Positions 37,428 to 45,416 of a stretch of 64,000 bases of DNA are shown here, piece after piece. Under the pieces are notes generated by a model. The model had not been told where the DNA came from, made no database searches, and saw only the letters and a program-made list of their open reading frames with translations. Positions within the stretch are counted from its first letter, which is position 1. Each line of letters opens with the position of its first letter. This stretch comes from an uncultured Bacillota bacterium (GTDB lineage Bacteria > Bacillota > Dethiobacteria > DTU022 > UBA8154). A program made the position numbers and the translations under genes. The stretch spans positions 103,947-167,946 of the forward strand of contig CALJJZ010000035.1 in assembly GCA_937973635.1 (NCBI GenBank), written 5' to 3'.

Positions 37428-38435
37428 TTATTCCCCTTTCTCTTCAATCCCGTATTTCTTGAGCAAACCCCGGAAATCCCGCCCATAGATAATCTTAACC
37501 TGCACTTCCGGGTAGATCTCCTTGAGGCGGCGTATTTTTTTATTTTTTTTCCAGACCAGTTGTTGTTTCTGGGTAGTCAGCTCCAGGTACAGATCCTGCT
37601 CGGGCAAATAAAAATCGGGGGTAAAGGCCTCCGTTACCGTCCCTTCGCTGTCCCACTCCAGGGGAAATGTTTTGGGCTCATACAGCCATTTGATGCGGTA
37701 AAAATCAAGCATACGGGCAAACTCGGCCTCGCTGGGGTGGGCAAAATCAGGAGCGGTGCCGGACTGGCGGTTCCCCTCGCCTCTAAGGTCGAGGGGAGTT
37801 TCAGCTTTTTCCTGCTCCCAAAAACGCTGCTCCAGTTCCTGCGCCGTGATTTCACCGGCCTCCTCTTTCAAACGGGCGGCGGTAACAATTAGGCCCGCTG
37901 CCTCCTCCGGGCCCGTTACGCCTGTATTGATGAGCAGATGGTAGAAGGTGGGGTCAAGCCAGTCATAGCCAAAGACCTGGCGCAGGTATGCTTCCCGGTC
38001 CCGGTCCTGTTCCAGAATCAGGCGCGCTGCGGCGGCCTCGTCAAGGTTGTAGAGCCGGCAAACCCGTTCAATTCTGCTCTGCATAGAGGCAAAGATCTTC
38101 ACGTGCAGCGCAGGGGGAAAGTCATGGAAGAGGAACTGGGCACCCCGCCCCACGATTACTAGATTTTCCCTGATAGCCAGATCATAAAAATATTCATGCA
38201 GCCCTTCCAGATAACGGCGGCGCCTGCTTTCGAGCTCCCATCCCGCTGCCTGGTCCGCCGGGCTGATATTTTTTTCGTCAAAAAAAGAAAGCTCCGGTTC
38301 CAGGATGCCGATGGAACGCATCCTGTCGGCGATTTTTGCTTTGTTAATCAGCAGGTAGCCCGTCTTCTCGGCAACCAAGCGCGCCACAAGTTCTCCTGCG
38401 CTGCCGAAATGACGGGAAATGGTGATGACGGCCAT
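37428..38435 (-). CDS. Cytidylate-kinase-like family protein fused to a PD-(D/E)XK-like domain
   Basis: VITISRHFGSAG, VIVGRGAQF, YHLLINT (Cytidylate_kin2-like); C-terminal FAHPSEAEFA..WLYEP..FTPDFYLPEQDLYLELTT. Confidence 0.75.
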   Translation of the reverse strand: MAVITISRHFGSAGELVARLVAEKTGYLLINKAKIADRMRSIGILEPELSFFDEKNISPADQAAGWELESRRRRYLEGLHEYFYDLAIRENLVIVGRGAQFLFHDFPPALHVKIFASMQSRIERVCRLYNLDEAAAARLILEQDRDREAYLRQVFGYDWLDPTFYHLLINTGVTGPEEAAGLIVTAARLKEEAGEITAQELEQRFWEQEKAETPLDLRGEGNRQSGTAPDFAHPSEAEFARMLDFYRIKWLYEPKTFPLEWDSEGTVTEAFTPDFYLPEQDLYLELTTQKQQLVWKKNKKIRRLKEIYPEVQVKIIYGRDFRGLLKKYGIEEKGE

Positions 38436-38517
38436 CCTCAGCCTCCAGACTTTCCTCTTCTATTCCAGGAAATTATATCATAAAAGAGGCAAAAGATTAT
38501 TAGATTATGATTAAATA

Positions 38518-38574
38518 AATTTTAAAAAATTTTTTAAAAATATTGTTGACAAACGAAGACTTTGCTTATATAAT
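38518..38574 (+). promoter_or_regulatory. Consensus SigA promoter with the same AT-rich 17-mer, driving candidate ncRNA 2
   Basis: AATTTTAAAAAATTTTT (38518-38534), 11 bp, TTGACA (38546-38551), N17, TATAAT (38569-38574). Confidence 0.88.
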
Positions 38575-38580
38575 AAGGAT

Positions 38581-38859
38581 AGACAGGTTCCGAGAGGTCC
38601 AAAGGTTAATCCTGAAACCGGTTGTCTTGAGCGGTCGGGCCAGGAGCCAGGTGAAAGCTATGAGCAGCGGGGAAGGGCGCGCCAGCGGCCATCCCGGTTC
38701 GAGCGGAAACCCGGCTGAGATGGAAGGCTGCAGGTCTGGTGCTGAAAGAAAGGGGCAAAAGGGGAAGGTGCAAGGTGCTTCCGCTAGTGCCCGTGAAAGT
38801 AGGCTCCAGGCAAAAAGAAACCGGGGGAAAAACCGATACAGGTCTGTTGGAACCTGTCT
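38581..38859 (+). ncRNA. Candidate large structured ncRNA 2 (about 279 nt), paralogous to ncRNA 1; class unknown
   Basis: Begins 7 nt after the -10; 5' AGACAGGUUCCGAGAGG pairs with 3' UCUGUUGGAACCUGUCU, followed by a U-rich tract; nested helices CCGGUU/AACCGG, CGGGC/GCCCG, GCGCCAG/CUGGUGC. Confidence 0.75.
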
Positions 38860-38922
38860 TTTATTTTTTGTCACTTTTTTTATATAGCGGTTTTATCTTT
38901 GCTCTTTATCTTTGTCGGCACA

Positions 38923-39660
38923 TTAATACCTTTCCCAGAGCGGCCGGCTTAGCTCCGCCACCTCCGCGAAAAACAGCTCCAGATCAGGGGTGACGATCTC
39001 CCTGCTCCGTTCAATAATATCTGTAAACTGGCCGAGGTCAACGGCAGTAACCTGCCGGCGCAGAAACATCTGGTCACGGTAGCCAAGGGCCAGTGAACGG
39101 GCGTCCATTTCACCCCGCTCAATAAATTCCCTGAAAAGGCGATACCCTTGCTCAAGCAGGTCTGCCCGGCCGGGGAAGATGATCTCCATGTTTTTACAAA
39201 TCCGGGCAATCGTACCCGTTGCAGCCAGGGCTTGATGCAAGCGCGTTAAAAGATCCGGCCTTCTGGCATAAAGATAAAGCTCGGCGCCCATCTCGATGAA
39301 ATTATGGGCTTTCCACCAGCCTTCTGCAGGGGACAGGTCGCAGGCTTCGAGCACAGCCTTTATCAGCGGCCTTGCTTTTTCATAACAATAGCCCTTTTCA
39401 TAATCGCGGTACTGCTGGTCACTGTAATAATCAAGGCCGCGGGGGTCAATCCCGTGGCTGATTACCCCCCGGCAGAACAGGCCCATGGTCCTGCCGTGCC
39501 CGTTAAGACTTTCCCAGAACCTGACGCCGAGGGAGTGGCTGTAATGCCAGTCATAACCGCTGAAAAACAAAACATCGGGGAAGATACTTCCCAGCACCGT
39601 TTCCAGATCCCTTTGGGCGAGGGCTTTTTCCGCAAAATATAAATGGGCCAACGGGTACAT
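38923..39660 (-). CDS. Conserved hypothetical protein, zinc-dependent phospholipase C/P1-nuclease-like motifs
   Basis: MYPLAH, LGSIFPD, SH, SHGID..LDYYSD, AHNFIE pattern. Confidence 0.55.
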   Translation of the reverse strand: MYPLAHLYFAEKALAQRDLETVLGSIFPDVLFFSGYDWHYSHSLGVRFWESLNGHGRTMGLFCRGVISHGIDPRGLDYYSDQQYRDYEKGYCYEKARPLIKAVLEACDLSPAEGWWKAHNFIEMGAELYLYARRPDLLTRLHQALAATGTIARICKNMEIIFPGRADLLEQGYRLFREFIERGEMDARSLALGYRDQMFLRRQVTAVDLGQFTDIIERSREIVTPDLELFFAEVAELSRPLWERY

Positions 39661-39813
39661 GTTTCTTCCCCCATGAAAGATAAAAATAAAAGGCGGATGT
39701 ATAAAAGGCAGAAGAAGGGGCTAGAATATAACTGCAACCGGGGAGGTAAATCTCCTGCGTAAGGCAGGATACAGCCTAGAACATAGGTTAGCATTTACAG
39801 GTATCCCCGGTTG

Positions 39814-41355
39814 TTATTTTTTTAGATGCGCACCGGCGGCAGGATCTTCACTGCCGTTTTCGTCCTCGGCGTGGCTGCTTTTTACCTGCGCCTCCATTTC
39901 CCGGGGGCGCAGCGTGGGAAAGAGGATAACATCGCGGATAGAGAGGGAATCGGTGAGGATCATCACCAGCCTGTCAATGCCTATGCCCAGCCCGCCTGTA
40001 GGCGGCATACCATACTCCAGGGCGTGGAGGAAATCCTCGTCCATCATATGTGCTTCTTCATCTCCGGCGGAACGTTTCTGAGCCTGCCGCAGGAAACGCT
40101 CCCGCTGGTCCAAGGGATCGGTCAGCTCGGTAAAAGCATTGGCAATTTCTTTGCCGGCCATAAAAGCTTCAAAACGGTAAGCAAAAGCAGGATTATCGGC
40201 GCAGCGCCGGGCAAGGGGGGAGACGTCAACGGGGTAATCCAGCACAAAGATAGGGCCCCATAGTCTTTCCTCACAGTATTCTTCAAAGAAAGCAAAGAGC
40301 ACTTCTCCCCAGGTAGCCCCTTCTTCCACCGCCAGGCCGCGTTCTCCGGCGAGCTGCCGCGCTGCGGCATCGCCCTCTACCTCCCGAAAATCTACGCCTG
40401 TAAGCTCCGCTACCACGTCAATAAGTTTTTGGCGCGGCCAGGGCACACTGAGGTCCAGTTCCCGGCCCTGATAGGTAATGCGCCTGGTCCCCAGCACTTT
40501 TTCAGCTACATAAAGGACCATGTTTTCCATAAGCTCCATCATATCTTCATAATCGGCATGGGCCTGATAGATCTCGATCATGGTAAATTCCGGGTTATGC
40601 CTGGTAGAGATACCTTCATTGCGAAAAATCCGGCCCAGTTCAAAGACCCTTTCCATGCCCCCCACGATCAGCCGCTTGAGATGCAGTTCCAGGGCAATGC
40701 GCAAATACAGATCCAGATCCAGGCTGTTGTGGTGGGTGATAAAAGGGCGCGCCGCCGCCCCGCCGGCCACGCTATGCATAACAGGGGTTTCTACTTCGAG
40801 AAAATGGCGGTCCGTGAGAAACTGCCTGATGGACTGGATTATTTTGCTGCGTAAAACAAAAACACGCTTCACCTCAGGGTTTGCCAGCAGATCGGCATAA
40901 CGCTGCCGGTAGCGCGTTTCCACATCTTTAAGACCATGCCATTTTTCCGGCAGGGGGCGCAAAGCCTTGGCCAGGAGGCTGAAGGAAAGGATATTAACCG
41001 TTATTTCTCCCGTCCTGGTCTTAAAGACCCTGCCGCGAACGCCGATGATATCACCAATATCCAGGTTTTGGAAAAGAGCATACTGCTCTTCGCCCACCTC
41101 ATCCTGGCGGATATATACCTGTAAACGGCCGCTGCCGTCCTGGATATGGGCAAAGCAGGCCTTGCCATGGCCGCGGCGGGTCATGATGCGGCCCGCCATG
41201 CTTACCTCCTGCCCTTCCAGCTCCACAAAACGATCCCGTACCTGCTCAGTAGTATGGGTAACAGGATACTTCAGGCCGTAAGGCTCTACTCCCTGCGCTC
41301 TTAGTTCATTAACTTTGTTGCGTCTAAGCAGCAACTGTTCACCCAGATGTTCCAT
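39814..41355 (-). CDS. lysS: Lysine--tRNA ligase (class II)
   Basis: RYRQRY, GGAAARPF, FRNEG..HNPEFT, YGMPPTGGLGIGIDRL. Confidence 0.98.
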   Translation of the reverse strand: MEHLGEQLLLRRNKVNELRAQGVEPYGLKYPVTHTTEQVRDRFVELEGQEVSMAGRIMTRRGHGKACFAHIQDGSGRLQVYIRQDEVGEEQYALFQNLDIGDIIGVRGRVFKTRTGEITVNILSFSLLAKALRPLPEKWHGLKDVETRYRQRYADLLANPEVKRVFVLRSKIIQSIRQFLTDRHFLEVETPVMHSVAGGAAARPFITHHNSLDLDLYLRIALELHLKRLIVGGMERVFELGRIFRNEGISTRHNPEFTMIEIYQAHADYEDMMELMENMVLYVAEKVLGTRRITYQGRELDLSVPWPRQKLIDVVAELTGVDFREVEGDAAARQLAGERGLAVEEGATWGEVLFAFFEEYCEERLWGPIFVLDYPVDVSPLARRCADNPAFAYRFEAFMAGKEIANAFTELTDPLDQRERFLRQAQKRSAGDEEAHMMDEDFLHALEYGMPPTGGLGIGIDRLVMILTDSLSIRDVILFPTLRPREMEAQVKSSHAEDENGSEDPAAGAHLKK

Positions 41356-41404
41356 GGAGATACCAACCTCTGTATTTTTTATTTCTGTGCCGGCTGTTTT
41401 GCCC

Positions 41405-41878
41405 CTATTTTATTTCCAGTATTTTATATTTAATGGTCCCTGCCGGAACCTTGACTTCAACTACAGCTCCCACGGGCAGGCCCAGGATCGCCTGGCCCAC
41501 GGGCGATTCGTTGGAAATACGGTTGTTTGCCGGATCTGATTCTGCCGTCCCTACAATAGTAAACTCCATGACCTCGTCTCCGTCCAGGTCCTGGAGCTTC
41601 ACCGTACAGCCCACCCCCACAACATCCCGGTTTACCTCGTCGTCTTCAATCAACCGGGCATTACGCAGCATCTTCTCCAGGGTAATGATCTTGCCCTCAA
41701 TAAAGGCCTGCTCATTTTTGGCGTTGTCATACTCAGCGTTTTCGCTCAGGTCGCCGAAAGAAATCGCCGTTTTAATCCGGTTTGCCACTTCTCTCCTTTT
41801 TACTGACTTAAGGTAAGCGAGCTCTTCTTCCAGCTTCTTCAAGCCGCTCTGAGTGAGGATCACCTCTTTGGATGACAT
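41405..41878 (-). CDS. greA: Transcription elongation factor GreA
   Basis: [19 protein letters not shown]. Confidence 0.97.
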   Translation of the reverse strand: MSSKEVILTQSGLKKLEEELAYLKSVKRREVANRIKTAISFGDLSENAEYDNAKNEQAFIEGKIITLEKMLRNARLIEDDEVNRDVVGVGCTVKLQDLDGDEVMEFTIVGTAESDPANNRISNESPVGQAILGLPVGAVVEVKVPAGTIKYKILEIK

Positions 41879-42080
41879 CCAGCTCTCTCCTTTTTATCAC
41901 AAATGGTGAATAACAGAATACCTGCTACCTACGGAAGAAAGTATATGTCTCCCCTTGCACAAATATTCCGTTCCAACCCTGCACCCATTTCCCCGGGAAG
42001 TAAGAATTAAGTGTCAAGACAACCTTTGCCTGACACTTGGGGGGAAGAATATTTACCTGGAAGCAATTGCATGTTAAGAT

Positions 42081-42109
42081 ATTATAGAAAAATATAGGAG
42101 AAAAGTCAA
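42081..42109 (-). promoter_or_regulatory. SigA promoter of greA-lysS with a leader of about 195 nt
   Basis: TTGACT-N17-TATAAT on the minus strand. Confidence 0.8.
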
Positions 42110-42182
42110 TACAATTTGTAGTGTCCGTGCCAGCCCGAATCCGCACTTGCACTGTTCCGCTTTGCGCCGCTGCCTTCCGGCA

Positions 42183-43319
42183 TCAGGCCAGGCCCATGCC
42201 CAGAGCAACCCGTTTCTTGCGCGCCCGCTCCTTAATCCCGGCAATCATCTCTCCGGTCACCGCCCTTTCAAAACTGCGAAAACCGGCCAGCTTAAATCCG
42301 TGTTTAGCCGCCAGGGCAGAGATCTCGTCTATTTTTTCCACGCTCATCTCCCTGCCCAGGGAGAAATTTTCATAACGTCCTTCCAGGGCCAGGATCATGG
42401 TCTCGGCCATGCAGGCATACGCCAGCCCGGGAGGAAAACCAAAATCAAAGTTAAAATTCACGTCGCCCGGCACCTCCACCGCACCGCCCTCGATTACCAG
42501 GACATCGTCGCGCTTCTGGGCCACTTTGACAGAAACGTCCCGGGGACGGGCCACATCACATACCACCGCTCCCGGCTTTAAATCCTCCGCCTCAATGAGA
42601 GAATCGGCGGCGCTGGAGACAGCCACAATTATATCCGCCCGCCTGACGGCGTCTTTTACGTTTGCCGTAACCTTGACCGCTAGGCCGCAGTCTTCTTTGA
42701 TCCGGCCAGCCAGCTTTTCCAGGGGCGGCAAGTTGCGGGCAATCAAGGTCAGGTAATTAACACGGCGGGCCAGGATACGGGCACAGGCGCTGCCGATAGA
42801 GCCGCTGGCACCCAGCACAGCAACCTCGGCCTTATCCAGCGCCATGCCCATCATCTCCGCCGCCTTCTCTGTCCCCTGCAAAGCCGTGGCCACGGTATAA
42901 CTGTTACCGGTAGTTACAGCAATATCCAAGTTGCGAGCCACAGTGATCCCTGCGTCTCCCACCACGGCAGTCATCGCCCCTAGGCCGATAATCTTGGCTC
43001 CCAGTTTTGCCGCTTTGCGGCCTGCCGCAATGATCTTGCCCGTGGTGATCTCAGGGGGGAGCTCCAGCATCTGCGCGGAAGTAAGGGGTACGCCGATGAA
43101 GCACCCCTCCACGCTGCCATATGCCGACCTGACCCCCGTAATATTGGAAGCAAAGATGGGCGGCACCCTGCGCATCACCGCCCTAACAAGGTTTTTGGGC
43201 CAGCTGCGCATGAATTTATACTTGCGGAAAATATCTTCAATATCCAGAGGATGGATAATAAAGGAAAAATCTACAGCTCTATTAATTTTATGCCCCATTT
43301 TTTGCGGTTTAACCGGCAA
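42183..43319 (-). CDS. Acyl-ACP reductase-like NAD(P)-dependent oxidoreductase (COG5322; often mislabelled shikimate dehydrogenase)
   Basis: TTGNSYT, VAVLGASGSIG Rossmann motif, YACMAETMILALEG..NFSLGR, KHGF; colinear with cyanobacterial AAR motifs. Confidence 0.72.
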   Translation of the reverse strand: MPVKPQKMGHKINRAVDFSFIIHPLDIEDIFRKYKFMRSWPKNLVRAVMRRVPPIFASNITGVRSAYGSVEGCFIGVPLTSAQMLELPPEITTGKIIAAGRKAAKLGAKIIGLGAMTAVVGDAGITVARNLDIAVTTGNSYTVATALQGTEKAAEMMGMALDKAEVAVLGASGSIGSACARILARRVNYLTLIARNLPPLEKLAGRIKEDCGLAVKVTANVKDAVRRADIIVAVSSAADSLIEAEDLKPGAVVCDVARPRDVSVKVAQKRDDVLVIEGGAVEVPGDVNFNFDFGFPPGLAYACMAETMILALEGRYENFSLGREMSVEKIDEISALAAKHGFKLAGFRSFERAVTGEMIAGIKERARKKRVALGMGLA

Positions 43320-43339
43320 CCTCCTTTTGTTTTATAAAT

Positions 43340-44236
43340 TTATAAATGTACGATACGGGGCCGGAAATCCAGCTCCTCCAGCAGGCGGTCATACTCCTCC
43401 TGCCCGAGCTCCTTAGTGCTCCCCTTATAGGCCACCAGCAGGGCTTCCATGACATTGGTGCCAAAAGAGCGGCCTTCGATCTCCGGCGTAGTCGTCACCA
43501 GCGTTTTTACGCCCTTCTGCCGCAAGAGCTCCACATCTGAACCTGTTACCGTATTTGTAATAATGGTCTTCCCCGGCAGTTCCGCCGGCATATAGCGCTT
43601 GATAAAATGGAAATCGCCGGCAATAACGTCCGCTTCCTGGAAAAAGCGGGGGTAGCGGGGCCGGTTCTGTTCCTGCTTTTCGCCGGTGGGGTAGATTAGC
43701 TGGAAAGGCAGTAAACGGATTACGGGTACAAGGAGACGCGCCAGGAAAGCAAGGGTGTTAAGGGAGGTCAGGGGCAGCGGCAAGTTGAGGATAAAGATAA
43801 GGTCCCCGTAGCGCATGGTACAGCCGGCCTGCTCCAGCGCCTGGGAGAGTCCAAAACGGTCCATGGCGCTCACCACCAGGACTTTTTCCCTTCCGCTGAG
43901 GATCGCCTCCTTGAGCAGATAATTTACCACCCGGCGTTCCAGCGTATTTTTAAGCCCCGAACCGTCAACGATGGGCGTAAGCCTGGCTGCCGCAGCCACT
44001 TTCCCGGCATCCCTGATCGTGTAACGGCGGTCCACAGCCTGAATGTAAAGGTCCATCCCCCCCAGGCCAAAGGCGTCCACTTTCCCGTCAAGCTCGCGGA
44101 TAAGCCGGATCATTTTTCCCATGTCTCCGTCCGTCCCCATCCGCTGGAGCAAAAAACTCTGGCCCATTAACGACAGGGTAGCTTCATGATCCCGCTTGGA
44201 CGACCCCAAACTAACACTGACTACCTTTTTCATCAA
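43340..44236 (-). CDS. Conserved protein (so-called quinate 5-dehydrogenase family; function unverified)
   Basis: VVSVSLGSSKRDH, GTDGD, DAFGLGG, VDGSGLKNTLER, GRSFGTNVMEA. Confidence 0.65.
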   Translation of the reverse strand: MMKKVVSVSLGSSKRDHEATLSLMGQSFLLQRMGTDGDMGKMIRLIRELDGKVDAFGLGGMDLYIQAVDRRYTIRDAGKVAAAARLTPIVDGSGLKNTLERRVVNYLLKEAILSGREKVLVVSAMDRFGLSQALEQAGCTMRYGDLIFILNLPLPLTSLNTLAFLARLLVPVIRLLPFQLIYPTGEKQEQNRPRYPRFFQEADVIAGDFHFIKRYMPAELPGKTIITNTVTGSDVELLRQKGVKTLVTTTPEIEGRSFGTNVMEALLVAYKGSTKELGQEEYDRLLEELDFRPRIVHL

Positions 44237-44802
44237 CCGGCATCTCCTTTACCCTCTTGTTCCGCTTTGCTCTTCACAAGCACTTCGTCCAGGACCCCTG
44301 CCAAAAGCCCGGGGTCAAGAGTGCAATCTGCGGTAATAGGCGATCTCCCCAATTCCAGGAACAATACCTGGCAATCCAACATGGCCTCGGCAATCTTCAA
44401 CCACTTCCGGGAACCAATTAATATTACCAAGTCATAGCGCTGTAACTCGGTGATGATCTCGATTACAAGGTTGAAGAACTCAAGGGCGCTCTGTCCCCGT
44501 ACCAGCTCCCAGCGCTCTTTTTCGTCCATTAGCCAGATATATTCCACGCCCTTTTCCCTGGCTACAGCTTCAACCTCTTCCTTGTTGCGCAGGGGGAAAC
44601 CCAGCACTGCCAGCCGCTTTCCTTTACGAACTTCGCCCAGCGTCTCCAGGCGGGAGATAAAAGAGCGGTCCAGACCCAGCCGGTTTGCCACCTCCAGTTG
44701 CGAAAACCCGGCGGCCCGCAGCTCCAGGACCTGCAGGATTGTATCCTCAATCTTCCCCCGGCTAATTACTTTTTCCCCGATACGCAGAAGCTCTCCAGGC
44801 AT
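44233..44802 (-). CDS. HTH transcriptional regulator
   Basis: LRAAGFSQLEVANRLGLDRSFISRLE HTH; overlaps the next gene. Confidence 0.75.
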   Translation of the reverse strand: MPGELLRIGEKVISRGKIEDTILQVLELRAAGFSQLEVANRLGLDRSFISRLETLGEVRKGKRLAVLGFPLRNKEEVEAVAREKGVEYIWLMDEKERWELVRGQSALEFFNLVIEIITELQRYDLVILIGSRKWLKIAEAMLDCQVLFLELGRSPITADCTLDPGLLAGVLDEVLVKSKAEQEGKGDAG

Positions 44803-44996
44803 CGTTTTCACTCTCCGTCGCCGACAATGCTGCCAGATAATGTGCACAATTTTGTGTACACGCCTTATTATAACAGGGCAGGAGCTAAAAGACAACAAAA
44901 AGGAAAGATAATTAGAACAGAGGAAAAAAATAATGACCGGACCTTAAAAAGAATGGCCCGGTCTCACCGCTTTCCTGCATACTGCCAGAGGCTGTT

Positions 44997-45227
44997 TTAG
45001 CCGGAGTAATGGCTTTTTTGGGCGGGGAGAAAGAAAAATTCTTCCAGGGCAACATCCAGGGTTTCGGCGATCTTTTCCAGCAGCTCAGGCCGGGCTTTCC
45101 TCAGGCCCCTTTCGATATTGCTAAGCTGGCTGGCAGATAAATTCAGCTGCCCGGCCAGCTGCTGCTGGGTAAGTCTTTTCAGGCGGCGCAGTCCCCTGAT
45201 GCGGCGGCCAACTTCGTTAGTCTGCAA
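44997..45227 (-). CDS. XRE-family HTH regulator (SinR/YazB-like)
   Basis: VGRRIRGLRRLKRLTQQQLA..LSNIERG; TTG start at 45227 after GGGGGTAGG. Confidence 0.85.
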   Translation of the reverse strand: MQTNEVGRRIRGLRRLKRLTQQQLAGQLNLSASQLSNIERGLRKARPELLEKIAETLDVALEEFFFLPAQKSHYSG

Positions 45228-45416
45228 GATCCTACCCCCAAACTTTGGCAATTTTATCGACAAAGATGTACATATCTTCGACAGGGTTCGGGATAACTCC
45301 TGCAAACAGAGATAATATGTTTTTTAGTGAAAACAGGAAATTTTTGTGTTATAATGGCCTGGCAAAAAGGGGAAAACATAATTACCCCCAAAATTACCCC
45401 AAACAGGAGGCCAACC

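Noticed and set aside
34320-38859. Assigning the two RNAs to RNase P, tmRNA, SRP, 6S, Y RNA, cobalamin riboswitch or group II intron
   Set aside because: No GAGGAAAGUCC core, no tRNA-like CCA end, only a partial resemblance to SRP helix 8, no bulged-C Ro site, no B12 box, no GUGYG start or domain V, and no downstream sense gene. Judged by eye only; Infernal is needed.
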